Below, piece after piece: positions 36,612-48,419 of a DNA stretch of 64,000 nucleotides (positions within the stretch are counted from its first letter, which is position 1; each line of letters begins with the position of its first letter). This DNA comes from Takakia lepidozioides (taxonomy: Eukaryota > Plantae > Bryophyta): contig CM060731.1 in assembly GCA_030704615.1 (NCBI GenBank), forward strand, positions 64,356,001 through 64,420,000, written 5' to 3'. The position numbers and the translations under genes are program-made. The notes under the pieces are model-generated. The model saw only the letters and a list, made by a program, of their open reading frames with translations. It had not been told where the DNA came from and made no database searches.

Positions 36612-39600
36612 TTACAGGTCATCATGGTTCAGCTGGCACATTGTACTCAGTGGAAAGCTGGGTTCAAAGAGATCTTGAGAAATAAGGACCTTGAAGAGCT
36701 GGCGGTGGGCTGCTTCTGTGAAATGGATGCCATCCCAGCTAATGGCTCGGGAAGGATCCTCACATGTGGTAGTCTCTATCACCTCTCCGTCCACTTCTTT
36801 TTTGTGCCCACATAATACATCTGAACGGAAGTTGTAATCACCTCCGCCTGCCCCACAACAGGCCTTTGTTGTGACATCAAAGCCTGCAATCCAAGCATAA
36901 CCACTAATTTGTCACTTCATGCCTCCCTCACAGTTACAAATTGCATGATGGGTACTCTTGTAAGTGATTGCAGAGATTGTACTTACCATATTTGGAGGGG
37001 TTGGCAACCATGTCATATCGTGTGTCATAGAGTTTGACAAGGATGAAGGATGCAGTCTTGTACTTTTTACCAAGATCTTCAAGGGCAGTCTTAAGCAGAG
37101 CATTGTGATGCTTTACAACGTCATTGTACAGTTCCAGGCACCCAGCTGAGTCCATCTGCCGTGTTGAGTCCTGGACGAGAGCCAAAAAAAAGGGTGTGCA
37201 TCCCAAAGGATGGACTTCGTCCACCAATACAGTTCGTGCACCCTCATTATAGAGTCCCTATACACACGCAAATTCGTCATTGACAGATCCCTCCACGCAA
37301 GTATGGCTTGGAGGTACCAGTAAGGGCTTCGACCTATTCCAGCTTCGCTCCAACAAGACTCAGCCCAAGCTGGCCATAGGATTCAACACGGCCAAAAACA
37401 AAAATTTGATAACCTGAACAGGATCAAGACTCGTATCCCTGCTAGAGCCAAGTATCCTGCCCGGTGCAGTCCCAGAACCAGCTGCTTGTGTACATCTCTG
37501 AGCTACTACCAGGCAGGTTTCAATTAGCAAGCAAAATGCAGAAGGGATCCATCAGCCATAAGATGGACACAGCCATTGAGAAACACAATATAAATAGAAG
37601 TCCGAAGGTTGAAAACAAAGTACGCACCTCAACAACAGTGATAATCGATGCAACTACATCAGGAGCAAACGCTTTCAAGTCCTCGATGCTTTTGCTCCCA
37701 CTCATCATAGCAAATAAGTAATCATTTGGACCAATAGAAACAGTATAGAGACCCCTTGTAAAGCCATCCTTTGATGGGAACATTGATGATTGAATACCTG
37801 TATCATACCTGGAAATGGTTACCGTGGCGTGATGATTCAATCTCTACTCAATGAGGAGGCCAGCCTTCAAATCACCACTTAATCATCTGAAAGCATGTTG
37901 ATAGCAGAGATATTATTCCCCCTTCTGAATTTCATGCCCTGATGGGTTGAAACTGCACAACTGGCTCCAGGATGCTTAGTATCCTTTGATGACTATGGCC
38001 TCAAGGATATGTCATAGCTAATGATCACAGGAAACAATGAATTCACAGACCTTGCATAGCAAACTACCACGAGGTTGATGAAACAGGGTCAGAAAGCAGT
38101 ACACTTCGCATGTTAAAGGGAGAGGAAAAAGCAAGCAAGGATTTGGTTACATCTATTGGACACCGGTGGGACAAAGGGTGAAAAAAGAGAGAAGAGAAGA
38201 GAAAAATTATTGTGGCAAGGGGACCCTTCCCACAGAGAGGAATGCTGTAACGCCCACTGGAAGGTCAAAGAGGTTATGGGACAAAGAAAAGAAGACAGAA
38301 CAGTGGGGTCCCAACAACCTGACACACAACCCTGAAAGGACAATTCAACTTCAATAGCTTCTCTAATTTGGAGAGCCTATATCCACTAACCCATCTCTGA
38401 TCTTTATAGTGGAAAACTTCTGTCATGGAGTGGCCATCCCTGAGAGACAGAAGTAGCAACCCTTCTTTCATGCTAGTGATTTTCTGCAGCCTGTCCCATC
38501 TGCAGGTTTCTGAGGGATCCACACTGAAGTTCCTCCCAATGCCAAGATAGGAAGAGAGCCAGTCAAGTAGTTGCACCTCAATGTCTATGTCACAGAACGT
38601 CCACAAAATCCCAAAGGACATGGGAGGATTACAAGCCCAGGGGACTAGAGTCCACCTGTGATAATCATGTGTACGATATCCCACAGGAAAACCTAATATG
38701 AAGGACTTAGAATGAATATGAGATTACCTAACAGGTTAGTGGCAGCTAAAGCAAGCACATCACGCTTGAATGCCTTGAATTGATGAAACTGGGAGAGAAG
38801 TGGCCATGGAGAGATGTGCCGAACTGCTGATCGAACTGTGGCACCTGCCGTTGCAAAATTTGCACCGTGGCTGAAATTCGAGCCTACCACCTTCAAATAT
38901 GGGTCCAGAAGTGGTAATCTCAGAGCTTGGGCTGCCCTCCATCACCAACTTGATCATATAATGTTGCAACACATATGAGAATCAGCGATTCGGGGTAAGA
39001 CTCGGGCATCGTAAACATGTGGCACACACGTCATTTTCAAGTTTGGAGTGGAATTCTCTTGTAATTAAACCTGCAACTTTCTTGGAACACAACCTGGCCA
39101 GCTTTACATTTGGAAACAATTTGGTACCATGGTGACAATGCAGAGAATTTCTTCAGGTGCTCAGTTCGTATTAACCCAGATCAAACTGTCCCCGGTTTCA
39201 GCTTTCTGGGCCTGGGCGTCTAGATGATCAACATTGAATTCTATGAACTCATATTTGACTGTAGATACCATCTAAATCTCCAATAACATCCTCCGCAATA
39301 AATTAGTTGAAATTTCTGATAAGTTGGCTTCGGATGCTCAAGTAGATTCTACTCGATACTCAAGCAACAATCAACAATCACCTCTTGAATCCTTCAACTA
39401 AGTTATCAAGGAGTCCTTCGCAGAAAAATTCAGGACGGTTTTCCAAGTTCAGATTGTCAAACATCCTGAGTGCAGAAACGTACCCAGTAAATCAATGATC
39501 AAGCGGCCATCTCCATAGCGGCCAGAAGGTCTTTTGAAATATGTTTGACCATTTGGGTGTATCACTGAGGCTTCGGAAAATGGAAAGGCAGCTTCCAATC

Positions 39601-39766
39601 CCCCTGTGTCTGCCACAGAGCTCCCGAAGCTAAACAGAGCTGGAAAGCACAAGGGCGCCTCTTCCTCCTGTGGAACCTTACTTGGCCACAGATGCTGCAG
39701 GACCATCGCCATCCCCACAGTGAATACAATTGCAAGTGTACTCATGGTGATGTGGTGAGCTGCCAT
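36612..39766 (-). CDS. GDSL esterase/lipase (multi-exon)
   Basis: N-terminal hydrophobic segment, FSFGSSVADTG, PSGRYGDGRLIIDL, GANFATAGA, SIGPNDY, PLGCTP, WDGIHFTEAAH across GT-AG exons. Confidence 0.92.
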
Positions 39767-39864
39767 GACGATCAACTCTCGTGTGCAGGTAAATCTTCTC
39801 TGTCTGCTAATTAATGTGGGTCTGTCCTTCGATATTCTCTATTCTGTCACAAGAATTCTCCCAC

Positions 39865-39949
39865 GTGAAATGAATGCTTCTGGTGCTTGTCTTCTCATAC
39901 AGTACCATTTCATTTCATTTCAACTCATCAGATGTATGTGATGAAAAGG
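39865..39949 (-). repeat. About 85-bp unit X, copy 2, right flank of element A and about 100 bp upstream of the GDSL ATG
   Basis: Matches 21861-21944 in reverse complement. Confidence 0.92.
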
Positions 39950-39953
39950 GCCT

Positions 39954-42268
39954 TGTGAAGCCTTAAAACAAGCCTGAAGCATATACTCCTTTCCTCTCAA
40001 GAAGCGAGGTTGCAAACAAAGGGCCGAGCGGAAAGAGCAAGCAACGCGCTCGCTAGAAGAGGAGGATCAAACACACGAATCAGGCACCAAGAGCGGGTAC
40101 AATGGCATCCCACATGCCTCCGTCCTTGTAGCCTACTATCCACAACATGTTTCAGTTTGCTTTGCGGGGAGCACAAGCCATATCTATTTTGCATCGGGCT
40201 GATGTAGCCAGCTCTACGTCATCTCATCTTCCGCCTATGCCTCACACTCCCTTGCCCTATCTCCTCAAAGTTGTTGGCTGGGAAGGTCACTCTATAGCTT
40301 CTATTTTCGTAGCTGATTGAGTAGCTTATTATAGTTTTTGTTTTCTTCTCTTTTATTTTCTCTAGCTAAGTAGCTTACTATAGCTTTTTGTTGTTTCTTG
40401 TTCCTCCTCCCATTTTTGGGAACTTCTCATCCTATGCACGTTCACCCATTGTACATGTTGTAAATAAAATCTTACAGGTTTCATCATCCAAAGCTTGTAC
40501 ACCAAAAATCACATATACACTAACACGCGAGTACACCGCCCTGACCATAGTGTCAGGGCGTCGTCTTTATACAAAAGCCCTAACCATAGTGGCCCGCCGC
40601 GTGGCGAGGCATCATAGGCCAAAGCCCACGGTGCTGCCTTGTAGCCCTAGATCTGATGAAGGGCCAGGTTCGAGCCACCAGCCTAAACTAACCCTAACCT
40701 ATACATCATTGTAACGGATTAACAGCTTTATACGCCAAAAAATATATATTATGGATGTGTATCGCCGTTTTGGATGAAACGGGTCATTTCCAGGCTAAGC
40801 AAGTATGGGGCTTTACATCTGTGAAGCCTACCCCCCACGAAAAATCCTGAGCTCCGCGAAGGAAAACAAATAATGGGAAAATATCACCTTCCACTGCTTG
40901 GTAAAAAACCTACCAAGGGAAAACCTGGCACCTGCAAGTTGGGCCGAGGACAAAACCCTTGGCTAGGAAAACCGTGTAGGGAGTACAGATGGTAAGATGT
41001 CATAGAAATGTTCTAAGTCCTAGAGAGGTCAAGTCCGAGAGTCATCATCCGCAAACTAAGACTAAGCCACTGAGAAGGGAGGTGGATTAAGCTGAAGTAG
41101 ATCCTAAGAAGATCAACACATCACCCCACCATGCGTCCCTCCACATTTATACATGTAAGATCAAAAACTAGCTCGGAGTGCACCAAGTCTGTCAAGGAAA
41201 CATGTTCATCCCGCACTTCAGTGTTAGAGCCTTGGGGAAGAAGAAGAGCACGCCGCCCACGTAAAATCTGATAGATCAAGTATGGACCGTCGATCTTGAG
41301 CTTAGATTTGCATGCATGCTTGCCATGCTGTAATCAAATGCACACGGTCTGTCCCACCTGAAACAGGTTAGAATACTTGACACGCTTGTTAAAATTACGG
41401 GCCTGGGTTAGTTGAGCCTTACCAATGTTCGTCTTGGCATCATGGATAGACACCGCATGTCAAGCATGAAGATCCTCAACAAAGGTCTCCAGATCAACCG
41501 GATCAGCAACAGTAGAGATAAGAGGGATAGAATGCAAAGGAGAAACACACTTGCGACCATATGGCAACTCAAAAGGAGTATTCTTGGTGCTAGCATGCAC
41601 GGCGGTGCGATAAGCAAAAAGAATAAGGAGAAGAAAGATATCCACTCCTTGGTAAGTGCGCCATTCTTCTCCAATATTCGGCAAAGAGTTTGGTTGAAGC
41701 GTTCCGTAAGACCATTGGTCTGGGGATGGTATGGGGCGGTGGTGGAATGCTTGACATCGAAGTTGAAGCAAACCACCGTGAGGAGCTGGTTACAAAACTC
41801 CTTGCCCTGATCCGTTAGTATCTCCCGAGGACACCCATGCCGCATAAGGATCTCATTGAAGAAGAACTGAGCTACAACATCACTAGCCTTAGAACGCAAA
41901 GGAAGGACTTTTACCCACTTAGTCAAGTAGTCAGTAGCAACACAAAGGTAGCTTCGACCCTTTGATGTGAGTGCGAGGGGTCATACCAAGTCAATGCCAA
42001 CACGAGCAAAAGCATGGGTGATAGGCAAAGGCTACAGCTCATACAAGATCCGGGCCCAAGGGAGAGCAATGTTAGCACGACAACCTTCACACTTAAAGAT
42101 GAACTCGGTGACGTCTCGGTGAATTCCCAACCAATAGTATACCTCTTGGATGCGGGCCACAGTTTTCTTGATACCAAAGTGACCTGCATACAAGGAACAA
42201 TGGAAACGCTCCAATAAAGCATTCAGCTGGCTCCGTGGTGGCACCTCCAAGTAGCATCGCACTCCCCC
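39954..42268 (-). mobile_element. Element A, right part: integrase, PPT, r-GA-L-r terminus
   Basis: Integrase HHCC (FHCSLYAGHFG...CEGC), LTDQG, GLTERFNQ, GPY. PPT GGGGGGT 40836-40830; r 40829-40820; L 40817-39964; r 39963-39954. Confidence 0.9.
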
Positions 42269-45200
42269 TGTCACGGACATAGCCCAGAAGAACTTATCAG
42301 GAGTAAATACCAGAAGTTACCAAGTTACCATGTTACCGAAAGTTATCATGACTTATCATGATCTACCATGATCTACCATGATTTATCATTACTTACCAAG
42401 TTACCGGGAGTTTACCAAATTACCAAGAGTAACTTAGGAAACTACTCAGGAAACTTCATTTGGAGGAAACTTCTCCATCAAGATATCTCTTTTGTTTAAG
42501 GAAGCTTCTCCATCAAGAAACCTTTGTTTAATCTTGGAAACTTCTCCAGCAATAAACCTCCATAAGGGGAAGCTTCTTAGTAGCCAGTATATATAGGAGG
42601 CGAGACTGGACACTCTTCAGTCTCGCCAACACCAGTTCAAGCTACTCTTGTTTATAGTTCCCAGTACTCTAGCCCAGTTTCCAGTATCTGGTACTCCAGT
42701 CCAACATTCTAGTATTCAAGTCGTGTTCCAATATCTTGTACTTTTGTTCATTGTTATAAAGATCGTCTTGATTCCTATTTACTCATCATGTATTCGGCCA
42801 CGCCGACCTTCACTTCTTGTTTAGTCTTGTACCTCTAGTCTGATCTCTTGTTTGTGTTCAGTCATGTTCTCGTCCTTGACAGTTTGGCGAGACTAAAATT
42901 TGTTCATTAATTAGTTAAGATAGAAGGCACATTTGCGGAAATGGTCGCTACATTGCAGAGTCTTCAACTCCAGATGCAAGAACTTCGTGCTTCTACTACC
43001 CAACTACAAGCTGATCAGTCTCAAGACCTTGGCAATGCTCTCAATAATTTGCAACAACAAATTTCAGAGTTGAAGGAGTCGAACAATGGATCTTCAACCT
43101 TACGAGTCTCTACTAGAACAAATCATACTGCAACGGTTCCTCCAAATCTTCAACAGATTACAAAGGAACCAAATGTCAGTATGCCCGAGAAATTTGATGG
43201 GACGAGATCAAGATTTCGCGGTTTTGTTCAACAAGTACAATTGTTCCTACGACTACATCCACAACGCTACTCTTATGAAGGTATTCAAGTGGAATTCGTG
43301 GGCACCCTTCTATCAGACACTGCCCTATCTTGGTTTGCACCGCTACTAGAGAAAAATTCGCATTTATTATATAATTTTGAAGCGTTCATGTCCGAGTTCA
43401 CTGCAACGTTTGGAGAGAATGATAGATATAGAGTTGCAAAGACAAAGATGCGAAATCTTCGACAAGGAGCACGTCCAGCTTCCATTCATGCTGCCGAATT
43501 TCGACAACTTGCCTGCGACCTTGACTGGAATGAGAAGAGCCTCATTAGTCAGTTTCGATGTGGCCTAAAAGATGATGTTAAAGATTTGTTGCTAACAATG
43601 CCAAACGTGAATACACTGAGCGAATTCATCACCCAAGACATTGCATGCGATAATCGTTTGTTCGAAAGACGTCAAGAGAAGCGATCTGGATGGTCGACGA
43701 CGCACCATACCGCTGATACTACGGCACCAAATACAACGATCCATCAAACATCCGGTAATGATCCTATGCAGATTGATGTTGTCCGATTCAAGCCATTGAC
43801 GTCACATGAAAAACAAAGACGGCGCTCGAATGGATTATGTCTTTATTGTGGAGAAAAAGATCACATGACATTAAACTGCCCCAACAAGAAAAGATTCAAA
43901 GCTCGGGGCACCACTCAAGTGTTCGATACGAGGAGGTCGGAAAATGAAGATGTCCAGTCACAGTAGGGACCATGCGGCTAGACACCCCAAATTCCTCACC
44001 AAAAAAAGGTCTTTTTCTACCTCCAGACCCTGTATCTTGTTTCACAGTTCCAATAAAGATCATGATGCAAAATCGAGATATCTCCGTAAAAGCACTTTTG
44101 GACTCGGGCACTTCAGTGTGTTTTATTGACAAAGACTTTGCGAAGCAACACAATTTAACGCTCGTAAGAAAGAAATTTCGGCCCCTCTTGAAGTCATCGA
44201 TGAACGACCGTTAGCATCAGGAAATGTGGACCATGAAACTCGACCATTTGAAGTGAAGCTTAAAGATCAAACATCACATATTGTTTTCAATATCATCCAG
44301 TCTCCAACGACTCATGTGATCATTGGACTTCCCTGGTTCGTACTTCACAATCCCAACATCGACTAGCGATCGCGAAAAATTCCTTCAAGACAAAAATGTA
44401 GAAATATCAAGGGTATTCAACCCCTATTCCTTGGAGCTAGAGCTTTCATGAGAGCTACCAAAAAAGAGGCGACATTTGCACTTTATGCGACTCCGATCAA
44501 GACCACAACAGACAAATGTACTTCAACATTACCCGCTCAATATCAAAGATGTCTTTGAGAAGAAAAATACAGACATGTTGCCAGAACATCGACCTTATGA
44601 CTGTGCAATTGAGTTACAAGAAGGAGCCCAACCACCATTCGGCCCAATCTATAACTTAATCCTAGACGGAGTTGGCTGCATTACGTGAATACATTGATGA
44701 AAATTTGCCGAAGCACTTCATCCGACATTCAAAATCACCCGCGGGGACGCCTATCTTGTTTGTGAAAAAGAAGGACGGATCATTACGCATGTGTGTCGAC
44801 TATCGCGGTCTCAACAAAGTCACAATCAAGAATCGTTATCCGTTGCCGCTGATTTCCGGGCTTCTCGACCAGCTGAGACGAACGAAGATTTTCACCAAAA
44901 TCGACTTAAGATGAGCCTATAACCTTGTACGGATAAAAGAAGAAGACGAATGGAAAACAACTTTTCGAACAAGGTATGGACATTTTGAATACAGTGTTAT
45001 GCCTTTCGGTCTTATCAATGCTCCAACAATTTTCCAACATACGATGAATGACATGTTTCGAGAATTTTTAGATGACTTTGTAGTCATCTATTTGGACGAC
45101 ATTTGATATTTCAGAGAATGAAGAAAAACATGGCCGCTATGTACGCCTTGTCCTTGATAAATTAAGAGAAAGATGACTATATGCCAAGTTGGAGAAATGT

Positions 45201-48200
45201 CTTTTCCATCAATCTGAGGTCGAATTTCTGGGCTACATTATTTCCGACAAATGAGTCTTTATGGATCAGAAGAAAATACAAGCCATCATCGAGTGGATTA
45301 AACCAACTTCGGTCCGAGATGTACAATGTTTTCTGGGCTTTATAAATTTTTATAGAATCTTCATCAATGACTACTCCAAAATTGCTGCACCATTGACACA
45401 ACTCACAGGGAAGGACAAATTTGTATGGGACGAGAAGGCTGACTAGGCATTTGAAAGGCTGAAGCAGGCATTTACAATGGCTCCAATACTGGTACATGCA
45501 GACCCATCTAAACCATTCTTCTTAGAAGCAGATGCATCGGACTTTGCACTTGGCGCGGTATAGATGGCCGACTTCACCCTGTTGGTTTTCGTTCTTGCAA
45601 ATTTTCCGCTGCGGAGATCAATTATGAAATCCATGGCAAAGAACTTATAGCGATTATCGATGTTTTTGAGGAGTGGCGACATCTATTGGAGGGAGCTAAA
45701 CATCAGGTCACTGTCTATACCGATCACAAAAACCTCGAATATTTTATACGTGTTCGTGTTTTGAATCGACGTCAAGCGAGATGGAGTATATCACTAGCGA
45801 GGTTTGATTTTGTTATTACATACCGTCACGGACATCTTCAAGGAAAACCAGATGCTCTTTCTCGACGATCGTATCTTGCGTCAAAAGAAAGGGATGCAGT
45901 TTTTGACCAACAAAATTCCATTATCTTGAAACCAGCAAATCTCCAATTGAATATGCTATCCATGTTCACCTATGACGATGCAGAGATCATAAAAGAGATT
46001 CAGGAAGCACTGAAGAGCGACCATTTTGCTACGACATTACGAAGTCAACTAAATCAACCTCGAGACAACCCACATGTTACAAACGACTTCGAATTCAAAG
46101 ATGGCTTACCTTACTTCAAAGGACTTCTCTATGTATCTTCAGGACCTACACGACTTCAAATTCTTCAAACATGTCACGATCTTCCGGCTGCAGAACATTT
46201 CGGCTTCAACAAAACATTGGAGTTGATATCCAGGGACTATTGGTGGCCGCAGATGTGGAAACTCGTGAAAGAATTCATAAAATCTTGTGACACGTGTGCT
46301 AGAGCGAAGGGACCACGATATCGACCTTACGGCCTTCTTCAACCATTATCCATTCCCGAGGGTCCATGGTCGTCCGTGTCTATGGACTTTATTATGGACC
46401 TTCCAATTTTCAAGACCACCGATTCAATCCTTGTTATTGTAGATCGTTTTACGAAGATGACACATTTCATTCCATGTAATAAGACGGTTACCGGCGAGGA
46501 AACTGCAAGACTCTTCCTCAATAATATCTATCGCATTCATGGACTCCCGAAGGACATCGTATCTGATCGAGGACCACAGTTCATATCAAATTTCTGGAGG
46601 GGATTATTTCACATATTGGATACTAAGATCAACCTCTCTACAGCTAATCATCCACAGACTGATGGTCAAACCGAACGTGTAAACCAGATTTTGGAGCAGT
46701 ATCTTCGCTGTACGATAAATTATCACCAAGATAATTGGACGGACCTTCTGTCATTGGCTGAGTTTGCCTACAACAACATTATACATTCTTCGACCAAGCA
46801 AACTCAATTTTTCTCCAATCATGGTCATCATCCTCGAGCAAACCCTTTCCACATGACTGTTGGAAGCCCTGATGCAGAAAACCTTGCTACTCATCTAGCT
46901 ACGATTCACAAGGAGCTTACATCCCACCTCGCAGAAGCTCAAAAACAATACAAAGAGTATGCAGATCAACGTTGTCAACTCCAACCCCAGTTCAAGGTCG
47001 GAGATCGTGTGTGGCTTCTTCGACGAAACATACAAACCTCGCGACCATCAAAGAAGTTGGATTATCAACGTCTGGGACCATTCAAAATTATTCGACAACT
47101 AAATCTGGTCAGTTTTCGGCTTGAACTCCCACGAAGTATGCGCATCCATCCAGTCTTTCATGTTTCATTATTGGAGTTGTATCATCCATCGAATATTCCA
47201 GGGAGAGTCCCCGTACCACCTCTACCAGTCGAAGTCAATCAAGAACTTGAGTATGAAGTCGATGAAGTCCTAGACTCTCGCATCAAGTATAAACGTCTTG
47301 AGTATTTCGTACATTGGAAAAGCTACGACATCAGCGAACGAACGTGGGAACCTTCATCCAACCTCGCCAAATGCATCTGACAAAGTCCAAGAGTTTCATC
47401 AACAATATCCAGCTAAGCCCCGAGCTACACGTCAATAAGACGTCACAACGATGATGTCAGCCAAGTTAGCTTCAAGGTGAAGACTCCACATTCAATGTAC
47501 CTGATACACGCTAAGGAGGGAGGAGCACCACACATCAATATATATAGCTACACTTCCAGCACTCTTGCATCTTGTATTGGCAGCATGGAGTCACAGGAAC
47601 TAGATACATTGGAGTTGTCGCTTACCTAGCTACCAGATCAGTCATTCCGACTCTCACGACCTTCAACATCACGCCGACGCTCTCAAGACGATGGGCCACC
47701 AATGCGACGCGTACTTCCTCGTCTGAACCTTGTACGACAACAACTGGAGCCTACTCGAAGTTTGATAATTCTGTTGGAGGTTGAGGCTTCGGACCCAGAG
47801 GGCAACGAAATCGTGTTTGAAGGCAGCTTCGAAAATCAGAATGCTCAAATCATTGCGTGGTCCCAAGTTCAAGGTGTTGGACACTATCGATGGTTGCAGG
47901 GACCTATAAATCATTTGAGTCAAGAACGAAGAGCCGAATACTTGGCAAGTACCATTCGCCGGATTTTGGATTTTCTCCAACTCTAAGCAAGTCCAAGATT
48001 TTACCGCTCCTCGAGGAACTCGGCGCTAGAGGAGGGGGTAATGTCACGGACATAGCCCAGAAGAATTTATCAGGAGTAAATACCAGAAGTTACCAAGTTA
48101 CCATGCTATCGAAAGTTATCATGACTTATCATGATCTACCATGATTTACCATGATTTATCATTGCTTACCAAGTTACCGGGAGTTTACCAAATTATCAAG

Positions 48201-48419
48201 AGTAACTTGGGAAACTACTCAGGAAGCTTCATTTGGAGGAAACTTCTCCATCAAGATATCTCCTTTGTTTAAGGAAGTTTCTCCATCAAGAAACCTTTGT
48301 TTAATCTTGGAAACTTCTCCAGCAAGAAACCTCCATAGGGGAAGCTTCTTGGGGAAGCTTTTTAGTAGCCAGTATATATAGGAGGCGAGACTGGACACTC
48401 TTCAGTCTCGCCAACACCA
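42269..48419 (+). mobile_element. Element B: chromovirus (Tcn1/Tf1-sushi-like) LTR retrotransposon, decayed
   Basis: 5' LTR 42269-42881 (TG...CA), CCCCC TSD, gag 42941-43966 (CLYCGEKDHMTLNC), LLDSG, YLDD, EADAS, integrase, chromodomain EYEVDEVLDSR...TWEP, PPT about 48028-48040, 3' LTR from 48042. Confidence 0.95.
47585..47986 (+). pseudogene. Extra ORF between chromodomain and PPT of element B (133 codons, one internal TAG)
   Basis: ATG 47585 is in frame with ORF 47702-47986; single stop at 47627; TATATATA about 45 bp upstream. Confidence 0.6.
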
